A stretch of 64,000 nt of DNA from Camelus dromedarius. Its lineage: Eukaryota. The translations under genes and the position numbers were made by a program. Below the pieces are notes generated by a model that saw nothing but the letters and a program-made list of their open reading frames with translations, had not been told where the DNA came from and searched no databases. Each line of letters begins with the position of its first letter. The stretch's first letter is position 1. The stretch is from assembly GCF_036321535.1 (NCBI RefSeq), contig NC_087436.1, forward strand, positions 113,338,001 to 113,402,000, read 5' to 3'. Below are positions 51,261-64,000 of the stretch, in pieces.

Positions 51261-53749
51261 CTTTAAAAAGACAGGAAAGGGAAGTTTGAAAGATTATAGA
51301 ACTATGTGAAAAGCAAAAAAGGGAAAGGGGATAAGGAGGAGAATATTACTGAGAACAGTTCAGTTCTTAAGGAATAAAAATTACTGTTTAGCACAAAGTA
51401 TATTTACTAAAACTATCTCTGAAAGTTGAAAACAAAAACAAAAAACAGTTAACTTTAGTCTTAGATTATAAGAGCACAATGTGACATGAGAGCAATGCTT
51501 ACAGAATAAAGCTTATTTTTTAAAATATGAAAAGAATGTAGGTATCCTAGTCTTTCAAACTTAATATAGGATATATTATAGGATATTATAGGATAACATA
51601 GGATGTGAAAGTTTAAAAAGTATTTTCGAAGCTGTTTGTAATTCTCTCTACAGGTATCTAAAATTTGAAGGAAAGACACATCCTTAAATAAAAACCCCAC
51701 CAAAATATTAAAATAAAAAATAAGCAGCAAAAACTCATCACAACTTGCCACTGAATTCAGTATGATTTTACAAGTTGTACTTAAATAAAGGAGTTTAATA
51801 AAAACATCTTAATTGTTTTATTGCAAATGATACTGGAAATTTACGCTCATTCAAAGTCTAGAAATGACTTAAAAATAAAACTATAAAAAATGAAAATAAT
51901 AAAGCTTAAGAGCATAGTATCTCCTTTGAGTTATTTTTCATTGAAGAGTTTTGTATATACTAAATGCAGAAAGGACAACAGTAGTATATACTGCTGTGGA
52001 AGAGAAAAAAGGGATGCACAAACATACTGTGGTTTATCCAGCAGTTTTACATCATAAAATTTGTTTGACTAAATGTCAACAGTGAGGATGATCATTGTTT
52101 TTAGTCCATTAAAATATAGGATTTTTCTCTAATGCCTGCCTCTCTGATAGAATATTAGAAAGACACATTAAAATCCACTTAGAAAACTACTAAAAATTAA
52201 GTATCTGTGAGACTGCAGTTTAGCAACTTTCAGCATAGCCCTTCAAAAGACACTATGATAGCATATAATGCATTGACAGCAGAAGGGTGACCAATAAATA
52301 TCTGAATGGATGTGACATAATTAATAAGGAATTCAGATTAACTGCATCTACCTTTACCACTTCATCAAGTACTGTATACTCTAAGGGTCCTTTATTGTAT
52401 CCAAATATCGCATACAAAAGAGACTGTCTATTGGCTTTAATTATGAAGTTAAAGAATTTGATCATCTACTAGTACAAGAGCAAGTGGCAAAGATAATCCA
52501 ATTTTGACATTAAAATATAGATGGATAATGTGCATATATACACACACATTATATATATATGTATACACACACACAAAGCATGTATATATACACCTATACA
52601 TACAAACACACTTCATCTGGGCTCTAATTTAACTATAGCACATTTTATTTTCAGACTCAACATAGTTAAACAAAATAAATGTTTCTGTCCTTCAAAGAAC
52701 AATTTACCACCACCTACTCCTGAGTTTCATGCAGCATACTGGTTAACTAAATTAGCTCTTAAATATAGCTGTCATACTCTAAAAACATACAAATAAGTTC
52801 ATTGTCGTGATACTTTAGTATGGAGTGAAAAACAGGAGAGTGTGTACAAAAGGCACAAGATATAAAGAGTTAGGAAGCAGACCTTTCTTAACTGGATCTC
52901 AACAGCATGGAACATTACTTTGTTTGAAGGATCATAGTTTATTTTGGAAATGGGCCTATTTTTCTTGTTGCAGATGACCAAATTTAGAGACTGATTTAAG
53001 GCTATGAAAAAAAAATCACTGTTACTCATTGAGATTGAAAATTAAAATCCCTACAAAAGTGGCAACCTGCATTGCTCTGTTCAGTGTAACAAGTTCATTA
53101 CAGCTTGTTTGTATACTGACAGTGTAGGATACAAAGATGAGTGAGATACAATCTCTGCTTATGAAGTGGTAGGGGAGACAGACACAAATACACAATTTCA
53201 ATAAACTCTGCCAAGTGTGAAAAAGAGTTATGCAGAGTATGCCATATAAAAAGCACAGAGGGGTGTTTAACCAAGTGCAGGGGTTCAAGCAAGACTGCCA
53301 AGGGAAGTAAACTACGAAGAGCTGTAAGCCTAGCTCCACTGCAAAGGACCCTCAGCTTTGAATGGCCACATAATGATCCTCCAACAATTTCATTGTTCAC
53401 TTTATTTATCCCAAGACACAGGTAACAGGAAATTTTCATTACTAATAATCTTTTCACTTCTTGGCTCTGAATGGACTTAAAAGGCACACCTTAGGTGGAA
53501 ACTTCAAACAACAAATACCTATTTGCAAATATGTTCTAAAATATAATTCTCCAAAGAAGAAAACCTCTCCGTATAACTAATAAAATACTCAGAACTAAAT
53601 AAGCAATTTAGGCTCATTTTAAAGTTATCCAATTACTTTCCCTCTACCACAGTGAAATATTAGTGCATCTTTACGTGTTAAATTTTACAGTTATATTTTA
53701 CATGGAATAGTATTAAAATTACTTCATTAAGAATCTGTCAATTGACAGT

Positions 53750-53990
53750 AACAACACTGGAGGGCTTAACGATGAGCCATTTCTAAGTTCATTTCATTTT
53801 CTAAGTTCTTTGAAACCAATTATTTAAACCTCGCAACAGTCCTGTGAGCTAGGTAGTGTTATCCTCCCAGCTGAAGATAACCTTTGCCACAGAAAGTTTA
53901 ACAGCTTGCCCAAGGTTACACCACCAGCAGGTAGCACTGGTAGGATTCCATGCAGGCAGATTAGCGCCCTACTCTTAGTCACTCTCTTCT
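53750..53990 (-). mobile_element. MIR
   Basis: cctcgcaacagtcctgtgagctaggta ... cttgcccaaggttacacc. Confidence 0.7.
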
Positions 53991-54179
53991 ATGACTTCCT
54001 AGCTAATAACAATCTGGGGAAAAGGATGTATGGTCGGTTGTAAGGTAAATCATCCATTAAAAAAGTTATAGAATGATTACGTAGCATATTAGATAACTTA
54101 TACTTTAAAAGAGAAAAAAAAAACCCACAAAAAGGCCACACTATAGTAACACCAATTCCTCCCTGTTGTCTAAAAGGCC

Positions 54180-54640
54180 TGTGGCACCAGCTGGCAGCTG
54201 TAGATTAACACCTGTTCCAGTCAATGCTATGACGCCCAAACGGGCAGATGTAGGACTGCCCAGAGTGAAAAAATAAATTTCCGAGCCTTCCTTGTAGTTA
54301 AATGTGCCCATGTGTCTAAGATCTGGACAATGGGATGTAAAACAAAACTGGTATGTGAAGTTTCTGCGAAGCATCCTTGGAAGGGAAGATCGTCCCTCTC
54401 CTTTACCTCCAGCTTACTGGAATGCAGATGCAACAGCTCAACTGAATCACTCAGCCGTCCCAGATCATGAGGCTGAAGGTGGGTGTTAAAATGACAGCAG
54501 AACAACAAAACAGAAGGACTTAGATCCATAAAAATCACAGTACCACTTCCAGGAGTGTTATGTTTATGTAAAAGAAAAAGACATCTGTCTTGTCTAAGCT
54601 GCTTATTGAGTTTTCTGTTGTACCAGTTTTCTAACCTTAC
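54180..54640. mobile_element. MLT1-family (ERVL-MaLR) LTR
   Basis: ccttccttgtagttaaatgtgcccatgtgtctaagatctggacaatgggatgtaa resembles MLT1J/K. Confidence 0.65.
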
Positions 54641-55399
54641 AAATAAAGTCCTCTAGTAATAGGTTTCGACAAACTGAATTATAGGTAACTGGGCTATTAT
54701 TTATTGTTGTGAAAACATGATAAAAAACTTCAAGATGGTTTTAACATATCTATAATTAATGTGCATATATTATTTCTTGGTACATTTTCTTTTACATTAA
54801 AATACTATAAAATTTAAAACTATTTTGAAAAATGTATATTTATTCTTATGTGTCAGTGAATAACTCAGTATCTTAAAATTGTCTTATTAGTCTATTATGA
54901 TTTTAATAATATGCATAATAATATCTAAAAAGTCACGTTAACCATTTTAGATGTGTATTAGAGCATCAAAAAACACTGAAATATGACAACTGCACACCAA
55001 TTACTGCAAGACAATTACCAGTTACTAAAATTTCAACAAAGCAGTATTTCTAAGACATACAAAAGTTTAGTCAATATTGAAGACTATTCATATATATATA
55101 TATCATATATACATACTTATTGATAAATATTGATATCAATATACAAGTTCTTTCTTCAAACTAATTACTTAATGCCAATAAAAATAACATAAAATAGTGA
55201 TAAGATTATAACTTTTCTTATTTCATTTTTTCTTGGATTTAAACATATTTTTAAAATTGTAGAAATATGAATTAGAAAGGATAAGATGAAGCAATCACTT
55301 CCCCAACATCTCTTAATGTTTGTGTATTCTTAAGTGGAAAGGCCTCTAGTTAACCAGAAGGCATCTGATTGGTGAAGTACCCTCTTATCTTCTTTCCCA

Positions 55400-56350
55400 G
55401 GTACCATACTCTCTTGGTTCTCTATCAGCAGCCATTCCTTAAGTCGTCTCTGCTGTATCCTCTTCCTCGTCTCAACCTTTAAATGTTAAAGCCCCAGTGT
55501 TCAACCCTTGGACTTCTCTTCTTATACTGCCTCCCTAGGTGACATTATCTGCTACCAAAACTTCACGTATCACCTCTCAGCATTTCCACATTTATATCTC
55601 TAACTGCAACCTCTGTCCCTCAAACCCATATTTCCCCAGATCCATGTATAGCACTTTCTTCGATTAATTTGCTCATCCGAAAACCTTGGGTTACCTTTAC
55701 TCTTCACTCTGTCTAATCTGTGCATAAATTCGTCAACAAACCTTAACTGTTCGATTATCGACATAGACCTCAATCTGATTGCTCCTCACCAGCTCCTTGA
55801 CTTTTTCGCTAGCCCATGCCGTCCCCACCTCTGCACAGACTGCTGGAATAACCTGACAGTGTAGTCTCTATTCAGAAGCCTGTGTGATACTTTTAAAACC
55901 TAAGTCAGCCCATGCTGCTTTATTGCTCAAAACCCTCCCATACTTAGAATAAGTATCTGGCCCCTTGTCCTCTACCATTCTAGCTACACTGGCCTCTATA
56001 TTACTCAAATATGCCAGGAGTGGTCCCATTTCAGGATCTGTAGATTTCCTCTTCTTTCTGTCTGAAATGCATTTGCCTACATATGACCAAAGCTTGCACC
56101 TCTCACTTCACTTAGGTCTTTAAGAGCTGCCATCACAGACCATCCTATCTAAAACAGCAGCTTCTTTCTTTCTCTGCACCCATGACACTGTGTGTTTTCC
56201 TTGTTAGCACTGATTCCTGTTACCCCTATCCTTCATTAAAACAGTCTCATGAGGGCAGGACTTTGTCTTTTTTATTCTCTACTGTATCTGTAGCATCTAA
56301 AACAGATCTTAGTACATAACAGGCCCCAAATATTTATGAAATGGATGAAT
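55400..56350. mobile_element. L2
   Basis: tgctttattgctcaaaaccctccca, ctcatgagggcaggactttgtc, aaatatttatgaaatggatgaat (L2 3' end). Confidence 0.75.
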
Positions 56351-56786
56351 TAAGTATCTCATTCTATTACATGGACCATGAACTTAATCTAAAGCACAAT
56401 ATCTAAATATGTGTTTGCATGTGGGGAATGGAAAGGACATCCTCTCAGTGAATGAAAAAATCACAGAACAAACTTTTATTAGTTCATTTGGAAACCCCTT
56501 AAATATGGGGAGGGGAGGGAAGAAGACAAGTCCTGTTTTTTGTTCTTTGTCAAGATAAATTTTTCCCTTCTGCACAACTGTTTTCTTTTTTTTAATGAAT
56601 ACATCCAAAAAATGATTTCCGAAACCCTAATATTCACCGTTAATGATGCCAACCTACTCTTCATTAGTGATGAGAAAATTGCTATAGAACAATGCTACAC
56701 ATTCTGCCAACTCCTTTAAATGGAAAAATTTTAAATTACATACTAGATCATAAAGAGTTTGAGTTAGAATATTAAACCAATTAATA

Positions 56787-57020
56787 AGAGAGGCAGTATG
56801 GTGCAGTGGTTAAAAGCACAAACTCAAGAGCTAGCTATTAAGTTCCACTACTTCCCAGCACTGAAACTTGGATAACTATTATTAGTAAGCCACCACAGTC
56901 ATCCAACTGCAAAATAAGGGTAAATATCTACCCTTAGTTGTGAGCATTAAATAAATTAATATATACATGTAGAGTCCTCAGAACAGTGCTTAGCATACAT
57001 CAGGTGCTCAGTAAACAATA
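56787..57020 (+). mobile_element. MIR
   Basis: gaggcagtatggtgcagtggttaaaagcaca ... gaacagtgcttagcatacatcaggtgctcagtaaa. Confidence 0.8.
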
Positions 57021-58399
57021 TGCATGTTACACATTGTGTGTGTGTGTTTAATATATATATATAATATTATACACACATACACCCTTAAATCTAATACTTT
57101 CTTCTTATGTTTTAAATAAAGCATTGCTCCCACTGGTTTGGTAGACTCGTCTCACGTTTTTTTCATTATATATACATTTCACTTTTATTTTGAAATCCAA
57201 TTAGTAAAAAAAAAAATGGTTTATAGGAAGCCTGGTAAAATCCACTCAGAATGTGGTCATTACCAACCTTGAATAACTCCAATCTCTGCTCAGATCCAAT
57301 GGGCAGGACAGTCATTCCTGACCTCACTCCCAAATCTCAATGCATGCCTCATAAAAGCCTAAGAATAAGATCATACAAACGTAGAAAAGACCCTTAGATC
57401 CAGATCCCAAGAAAGCAAGAGAATCATTCCTTACCTACATTTATTAAAAGCCACCAATCTCCTTTAGTTTCCAGGAAAATTAATCTAGTTGACTCACTCT
57501 TAAATCAGGATCCCATCATAATTTTTCACCTAAGCAATTATTTAAAACTTTAAAAACTTTTATCCAATCAATTTTAGGAAATATATTAAGAAATACCAAG
57601 GAATATAGAATATCAAAAAGTTTGTTCCAAGTAAGGTATAATCACAAAGAAAGACAAAAACAACAAAAGGCAAAACTTAAATTAAGTCACCAATCATCTG
57701 GTAAGATAATGTATTATCATAAAATTACTGCAATAAAACTGATACGAATTGATATAAGCAATTAATATTAAAATCAAGTTGCACTAATGGTCACAAACTT
57801 TAAATTGTAAAAGTGTTTTATTAATGAAAATAATATTAAGATAACAGATGGGTAATCAAACATTACCAGTGGCAGTATAAACTGGCATAAAACTTAAAAA
57901 CAAGTTGGCAATATATATTCAAAACCTCAAATACAAATGTATTAAGTCTACTCAATGGAAATAAACTCAGAAAAAGTTCACCGATTTTTTTGTAAAAACT
58001 AAAAAATACCTAACTGTACAACTGTAGGGGAATGGTTATACACTGTTTTACATTCATGTAAGTAATTTTTAATGTTCTAAATAAATATTGATAAAGAATG
58101 AATTATTGTGGAAAAATGTTTAATCATTCAACCAATAATTTATTGAGCCCCTTCTATTTGCTTGGCATTAAAACAGATGCTGATTCAAGATAACGCAAAA
58201 ACAGAAGTGGTCAGTTGCTCCCGTGACACACTATCATGAGAAAAGATACATATACTTAAAAAAAAAAAACTGACTGAATCAAAAATAAATGAGAAAAGTG
58301 TCCAGATTAAAAACGAGTATGATTCCTTAACAACCTTTACCACAGTAATCTACGGACTGGGAGTGTTGTGGGGCCTCACTAAGGAGGTAAGCAGACTAG

Positions 58400-60550
58400 G
58401 GGTTACAGAGACTTCCAACTGATGTGCTCATCCCTGCTGCTTCCTGAAATCCCTAAAATGACAGCACAGAAGTTTTAAAGAGGCATAACCCACACTAGGA
58501 CAAAGAAAATGGGACATGATCACAGAAGGATCAAATTGACATTTTTGGAAGCTGTGAACATAACTGGCTAAGTGGTAACTGACTTTGGAGACCAAATACC
58601 ACTGACAGCACTGAGACCAGAACCGGTGTGTGTATGGGGAAGACGATCAAGAAACAAGCCATTTACCGTAGCAGAAGCCTGGGAGGGTTCAGAAATAAGC
58701 TCTGGTTATCAATGAGAGTAGATATGGGGTAGAATTAAAAACAGGAAGGCTAACAATCACTTGTTAGTTTTTACATCAATCAGAAAGAAACGCAGCCCCT
58801 TCTTTGGCTCTTCTAAGAAGGCTAGAAGCCAGGCCTACAGCTCCCAGGCAGAAGGAGGGACATACATCCAGCTCCATTTCCCAAACCAAAAGAAAAAACC
58901 TGAATACAGACATTGTGACAGTTCAACTTGGTTGGCTTACAGAAACTCTTGCTAGATTATAAACCCCAACTACATACACAGAGTTACCATCAGAGTTTTT
59001 GTCTTGTCTTTAAAATAAATGGACAGCAAAGGATCATAAGATATTTGATGAAAACTCCAGCATGAGAAAAAAAAAAATAAGAGCAAAACTAAACAAATAG
59101 AAAAGAGGAACTTAAAAAGAAGCAGAGACAATACAAGGAACTGGAAAAATAATCTTTAAAAACTATAACATGGTGTTTAAAGTTAAACACTCCAGAAATA
59201 TAAGATCAAAGAAGAAAAATAGGAAAGTACTGAGACATTTTAAAAGAGGGTCTTTAAAGTTGTAGGAGAAAAATTTTTAAATAATAAAATCATTTTTTTA
59301 AATTTTAAATTCAGAGATGAGGAAACCACAAAAGATAAAGCAATGGAAATTAGAAAAGCAGATGATGAGTATAGAAGGTTTCGTATCTGAAGAACAGGAA
59401 CTCCAGAAAGAGGTAACATAAAAAATAGAAGGGGAAAAATCATCAGAGAAACATTCCAAATTTCTAAGAATTGAAAGAAATTAATCTCTGAATTAAAATG
59501 ACCCAATAAATGTGCAGTGCAGGATATTAAAATAAGGGAAGGGGAAGGGAGAGAAGGGGAGGGGAGGGGAAAGGAGGAAGTAAGAAAGGGAAGGAGGGAA
59601 GAAGACAGGTAGGTAAAGTCCCCCACCACCATGCCCTGAGAGACCCATATATCATTATCATGAAATTTCAGGACCACAGACATAAAAACATTCTAAAAGC
59701 TTCCAGTAAAAAAAAAAAAAAAAAAATTAAAAAAAAAACAACACAAAACAAGGCAATCAACCATACAAATGAACAGGTTTTAGAATGGTATTACATACAG
59801 TAACCCTAGAAGTAATGAAGCTTTGCTTTCAACATTCAATTACTAATACAGAATTCTACACCAACCTATCACCTTATATAGGTAGAATAAACATATTTTC
59901 ATACATACAGGTCTCAAAATTTATATCCCAACTGAAGGAAGGTACTGTAAGACAGGTCCAATAAAACAAAGGTTCACACCATGAAGAAAGCACATGGAAA
60001 TCAGGACAAGAACTCCAAAGGAAAAAGGAATTCCAGGGATTAAGGAAGTGCCAAATTGACAGTTATGGTGGGCTACAAGGATATCAACAACAATAGACAA
60101 AAAGAAAAAAAAAAAACCTAGATTATTTGATGTTTTTACGTGAATTGAGAGAAACTTCATAGTTCTATAAACATATTCTGGGATGAATCAGTGACAAGTA
60201 CTTAGAAAACTAAGCAAACAAACCAAAAGAAACAATGATTAATTCCAGGAAAAGCAAAGTTATATGAAAAAGAAAATGTTGTAATACAAAACATATGAGG
60301 TTCATCTACAAATAATATTTGCATTATCACAGTAATATTCCCCCTAACTTAAACAAAAGTGGCCCTAAAATAATTTTAAGAGGACAGAGCACAATGTTGG
60401 AGGTATGGGTAAATCAAAGTAGATAGTCAACAAATACCTAAAATGTAGGAGATATAAAGCGTAAATATTATTTACAAATCATCATTACAGGAAGAATTGC
60501 TAAATAAAGTTCAAAGTAGCTACATCTAAGGAACAGGAATCAAAAGTAGA
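58400..60550 (+). mobile_element. Very old L1-related 5'/ORF1-region remnant
   Basis: A-rich sense strand with motifs such as ataatcagagaaa-like, catgaaatttcagga, ctaaaagcttcc and agaattctacacca. Weak recognition. Confidence 0.45.
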
Positions 60551-63500
60551 CAGAGAAGAACCAGGAAGAAGACTTCTATTTTTTGCTCTATGAGCCTTAT
60601 GGCACTATTTCACTTTTTAACGTATGTACATATTTTTTAAACTAATTTTTTATAAGATCACCAGGTTGGAGGGAAGATAAATATTTGAATATTTCAAATA
60701 TCTTAAACTTATATATTTAAAAAGAAAAGATTAGAAAAATTATATACCAAAAATATCAAATATGGTTATTCTACCTTATGGAACTATTGATGATTTTAAA
60801 AACTTTTTTTGCCTAGTTTTTCCAAATTTCTTTTAATGAATACATAATACTTTATGTAATAAGAAAACAAACATTTCAAAAGGATAAAGTTGTATACTCC
60901 AGAGGAAAACCTCCATTAGAGATTCTTGGATACTCTTCAAATACCATAAGCAGCTAAAATTCATAGGCCTAATTATCCCATGTACTTGCTTCTATCACTG
61001 CAAGTTCTATACAAAAAATACATTTTTTTTATTTTCAATTTAAAAATAAGAATCATAAGCCCACATTTAAAGTTCTAAGAAATATGCTTCGTGGTGAAAA
61101 ACCGGCTTCTAATAACACGTGTTCTGAATAAATAAAGTGATTTTAAGAAAATTCATTGTCATTTCTGTGTTGATGGGTTTTAGTTTAAAAAAAACTGCAG
61201 TCTGTTGTAACTCAAATTGTTTAGTTGAATATTCAGACACCTGAAGAAATAAACTCAACTATGTTCTAAATTTAATAATATTGTTGCTAATTAAGAGATA
61301 CCTAAAAAGAAATGAAAATAAAACTTTAAAATCTCTATCCATGATACCATATTTCAAATAAATTTTCTAAAACAAGCACTTTTACAACCACATTTTCAAA
61401 ATTTCCTTTTCAATCTGCAGATAATACTGATGACAGAAGTTAAACTCTTATAAATTGTACTTTCCTGAAGATGAACTGAATTCTGAGTATTTGGGGGGTA
61501 AAAGTTATCAAGTATTTCACAATAGTGATCATCTCTCTTAAAGTCAGAATACTTTTAATAAAATATATATGACTTCTATATAAATATAATTTGTTGCAAA
61601 GTTAATGATTTTTCTCTTTGTCAATGGTCAGTGATCTACAGGAAAAAGAAAAAAACTGAATGAAGGGGAAAGAATATGTAAATTCTACTAATTCTACTAA
61701 CTCCTTTTTAAAATAAAAGGAAACTGAAAGCATACACAGCAATCCATCCATAATTACCTTTTTTTTTTTTGAAGATATTCTAATAAAACGATTTTCATCT
61801 ATACTTTTTTGGGCACTTGTGAAAATTTTGACTCCAGGAAACACAAGTGGCTGAAGAAAAGCAAAATTAGCTCTGAAAAATGCACCCCTCTCTGTCACAG
61901 AGAAGCAGCTCGGGCAGTGTAAGAGGGCTATACACCTGCTTTGGCACAGATACTATCAATATCAGTTTCATTTTCACTTTGCTGTTTTTTAATAAATGCC
62001 ATTAAATTCTTTGCAACTCCCTATAGATCTCTTTGATCTTGTTCTCCTATATGAAAATTTCTCCAAGTGTGTTTTTTACATAAACTGCAATGCACAATCT
62101 CTAGAAGTAGGGCCCTGAAACCTGCATGTTAAACATGCTCTCGGAGTTTGAGAACCTCTGTCCAGCTCAGGAGTTCTTAAGTTCCAAACTAAGTTCTCAT
62201 ATCAGACTGTTAGAAATTTATACAAGTTATTTTGTTAACTCTTGTACTTCTAATTTTATAGTAAGGCAAGTAAAGAGAGTCAGAGGGAAAAGAAAAGTGT
62301 CTTGAAGAGAAGAGACAAGAATTTACTTGGTACTACCAAGACCACTTGACCACGTAACACCTTACAGAAGTCATTCCTTATTTTCTCAGGGATTATTTTC
62401 CTTAAAATAAGCAGAGATTTCTAGTTCAGGAGTCTTAGAAACAGGAGTTTAGTAGTCATGTAATAAAAATGATGCTAGATATACAAAAACACATAGTAAA
62501 TAAAACATTTGAAAGGCATCCACTTCTAAAAATATGTTGGTATTGTAAAATCATGCTCTAAATCCTTTTTTCTAAATTCCCCTTAATTGTTTAGGGAACA
62601 TTGGTAAAAACATCGTGACTTGCTGAGACAGATCCTCCCAAGAACTGTTATATAAACTGCATTTCTTCCTACTGTTCTCAAATCTTTTATGAGTTTAAAT
62701 TAAACTTTTTTGTTTGTCCTTATGCTTTGGGGGAGGGGGGTAAGCAATTTTTGGTAAAAATGCTTACACAGTAAGACCGTTTTTGTAAACTGCTGAAGGC
62801 ACAGAGGGAAGGGAGTTTAACAAGAATAACTGTCTTGTTCTTTTGTTTAAAGGAGAATGAATTGACCCACACATACATAAAACGATCACAGATTATTTAA
62901 TATAGGTATGTAAATACAAATCTGCAAAATCACAAAACTGCCCTTGGCATAGCATGATTTACTTTAACCATTAAAAGTAAGTCACAGACAAACCATATTT
63001 GTCCTTCCTTTGAAAAGGAAAATAATTGTCAGAAACCAAGACAGTTATCAGAAAATGGGATATTAATGGTGAGAAACCACTGCAGAATAAATAAAACAGA
63101 CTGGTCAGTGCCACTTGTACTAAGGAAAGCGTAAGACAGTGTGTTAGTGTTCCCAATCCAGAGCATAAGACAGCACAGCCCGCACAGGGGGCTGGGCCGT
63201 GTCACACCCAATCAGCACCAGGCAGCCCCAAAGCAGCTATGCCAGGACTAGCCTGCTTTCAGTTCCTCAGTTGTGCCAAGCTCCTAAATACAACCTGGTC
63301 CCTCTGTCTAGCTGACACTTCCCCCAATATTTTTTCCATCTTTGTGCTGCTCAGGTTTCAGGTCTCAGCTCTCTTTACTCCACACGTACATAAGGTACCC
63401 CCACTTATTACCTCCCTATGCGCTTTATAGTCTCCTACATAGTATTTCTAACACTTGTGGTTATATGTACATATAATCTGTATGTATTATATGTATATAT

Positions 63501-64000
63501 TATTTTAGTATGTTATATGTATCTCTGTATATTACACAAGGTCTCTCTTTCCTCTTTAGGCTGTGCATTTCACAAGAACAGAGACCATGTCTATCTCAAA
63601 TAGTGCACAGCCAGGATCTTGGACACTGCCTGGTACAAAAGCAGCACACTTAGTGGAATTAAATGCAGTCAGAATTTCATCTTTTGTTGCCAACACTTCA
63701 CATCTATAAAGCCTCAACAAGACAAGACCAGACCCTTTCACCTGCTATGCTAGACCGGTAAAAACCTTAGCATTAAACAACGGAGGTTCCCTATTGACCT
63801 GTAAAACCCAGCAGGCTTGTATTTTGGGCTTAAGAGGGGGTGGGAGGGTCCTTTGTTAGTATAATCAGTCAGTTATCAGTCATGCCAATAACCTGTCATA
63901 GACTTTCTTTGGATTCCAGAGATCTGCTTGATTGCTTTTCTGTCTACCGGACATTAACTCTTACCTTAAGTAGTTTGTCTTTTCCGTTAAAAAAGTAGAA

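Noticed and set aside
51565..51604. Four ataggat units with short variable spacers
   Set aside because: Degenerate micro-tandem repeat in AT-rich intron, not a CRISPR-like or otherwise structured array.
55127..55142. 16-bp perfect palindrome atattgatatcaatat
   Set aside because: Almost all A/T within low-complexity sequence, so plausible by slippage or chance.
59240..59683. 147-aa minus-strand ORF spanning a purine tract
   Set aside because: Antisense translation of an old L1-like A-rich region plus a GA-rich simple repeat.
63175..63200. CTCF-like GC-rich motif cccgcacagggggctg
   Set aside because: Three mismatches in the 5' half of the core consensus, not supportable without ChIP data.
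16696..64000. HDV-like self-cleaving ribozyme as in CPEB3
   Set aside because: The gene is CPEB2 by its C-terminal residues, and I saw no match on either strand to the CPEB3 ribozyme (GGGGGCCACAGCAGAAGCG...). An Infernal search with the Rfam CPEB3 model would settle it.

Overview
Mammalian genomic DNA, very likely a camelid (alpaca/camel), judged from four tRNA-Ala-derived Vic-1-type SINEs and young cetartiodactyl-type L1 tails. The window holds the 3' part of CPEB2 on the minus strand. It has eight GT-AG coding exons of 51, 24, 171, 90, 119, 115, 182 and 228 coding nt, which splice in frame into about 326 aa covering the end of the disordered region, RRM1, RRM2 and the ZZ-type zinc finger. 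A ~3.8 kb 3' UTR ends near 12680. The 5' exons are not seen and presumably lie beyond 64000. The ORF track misses the 51-, 24-, 90- and 115-nt exons, including the alternatively spliced 24-nt microexon. Bases 1-12.6 kb are repeat-rich intergenic DNA. The best leads are the microexon, a candidate L1-derived intronic poly(A) isoform lacking the RNA-binding domain, a candidate poison exon flanked by two ISRE motifs, a CPE- and miRNA-dense UTR with alternative poly(A) signals, and a chimeric retroposon. I found no convincing wholly new system and no CPEB3-type HDV-like ribozyme. Repeat boundaries and families were called by eye and are approximate.
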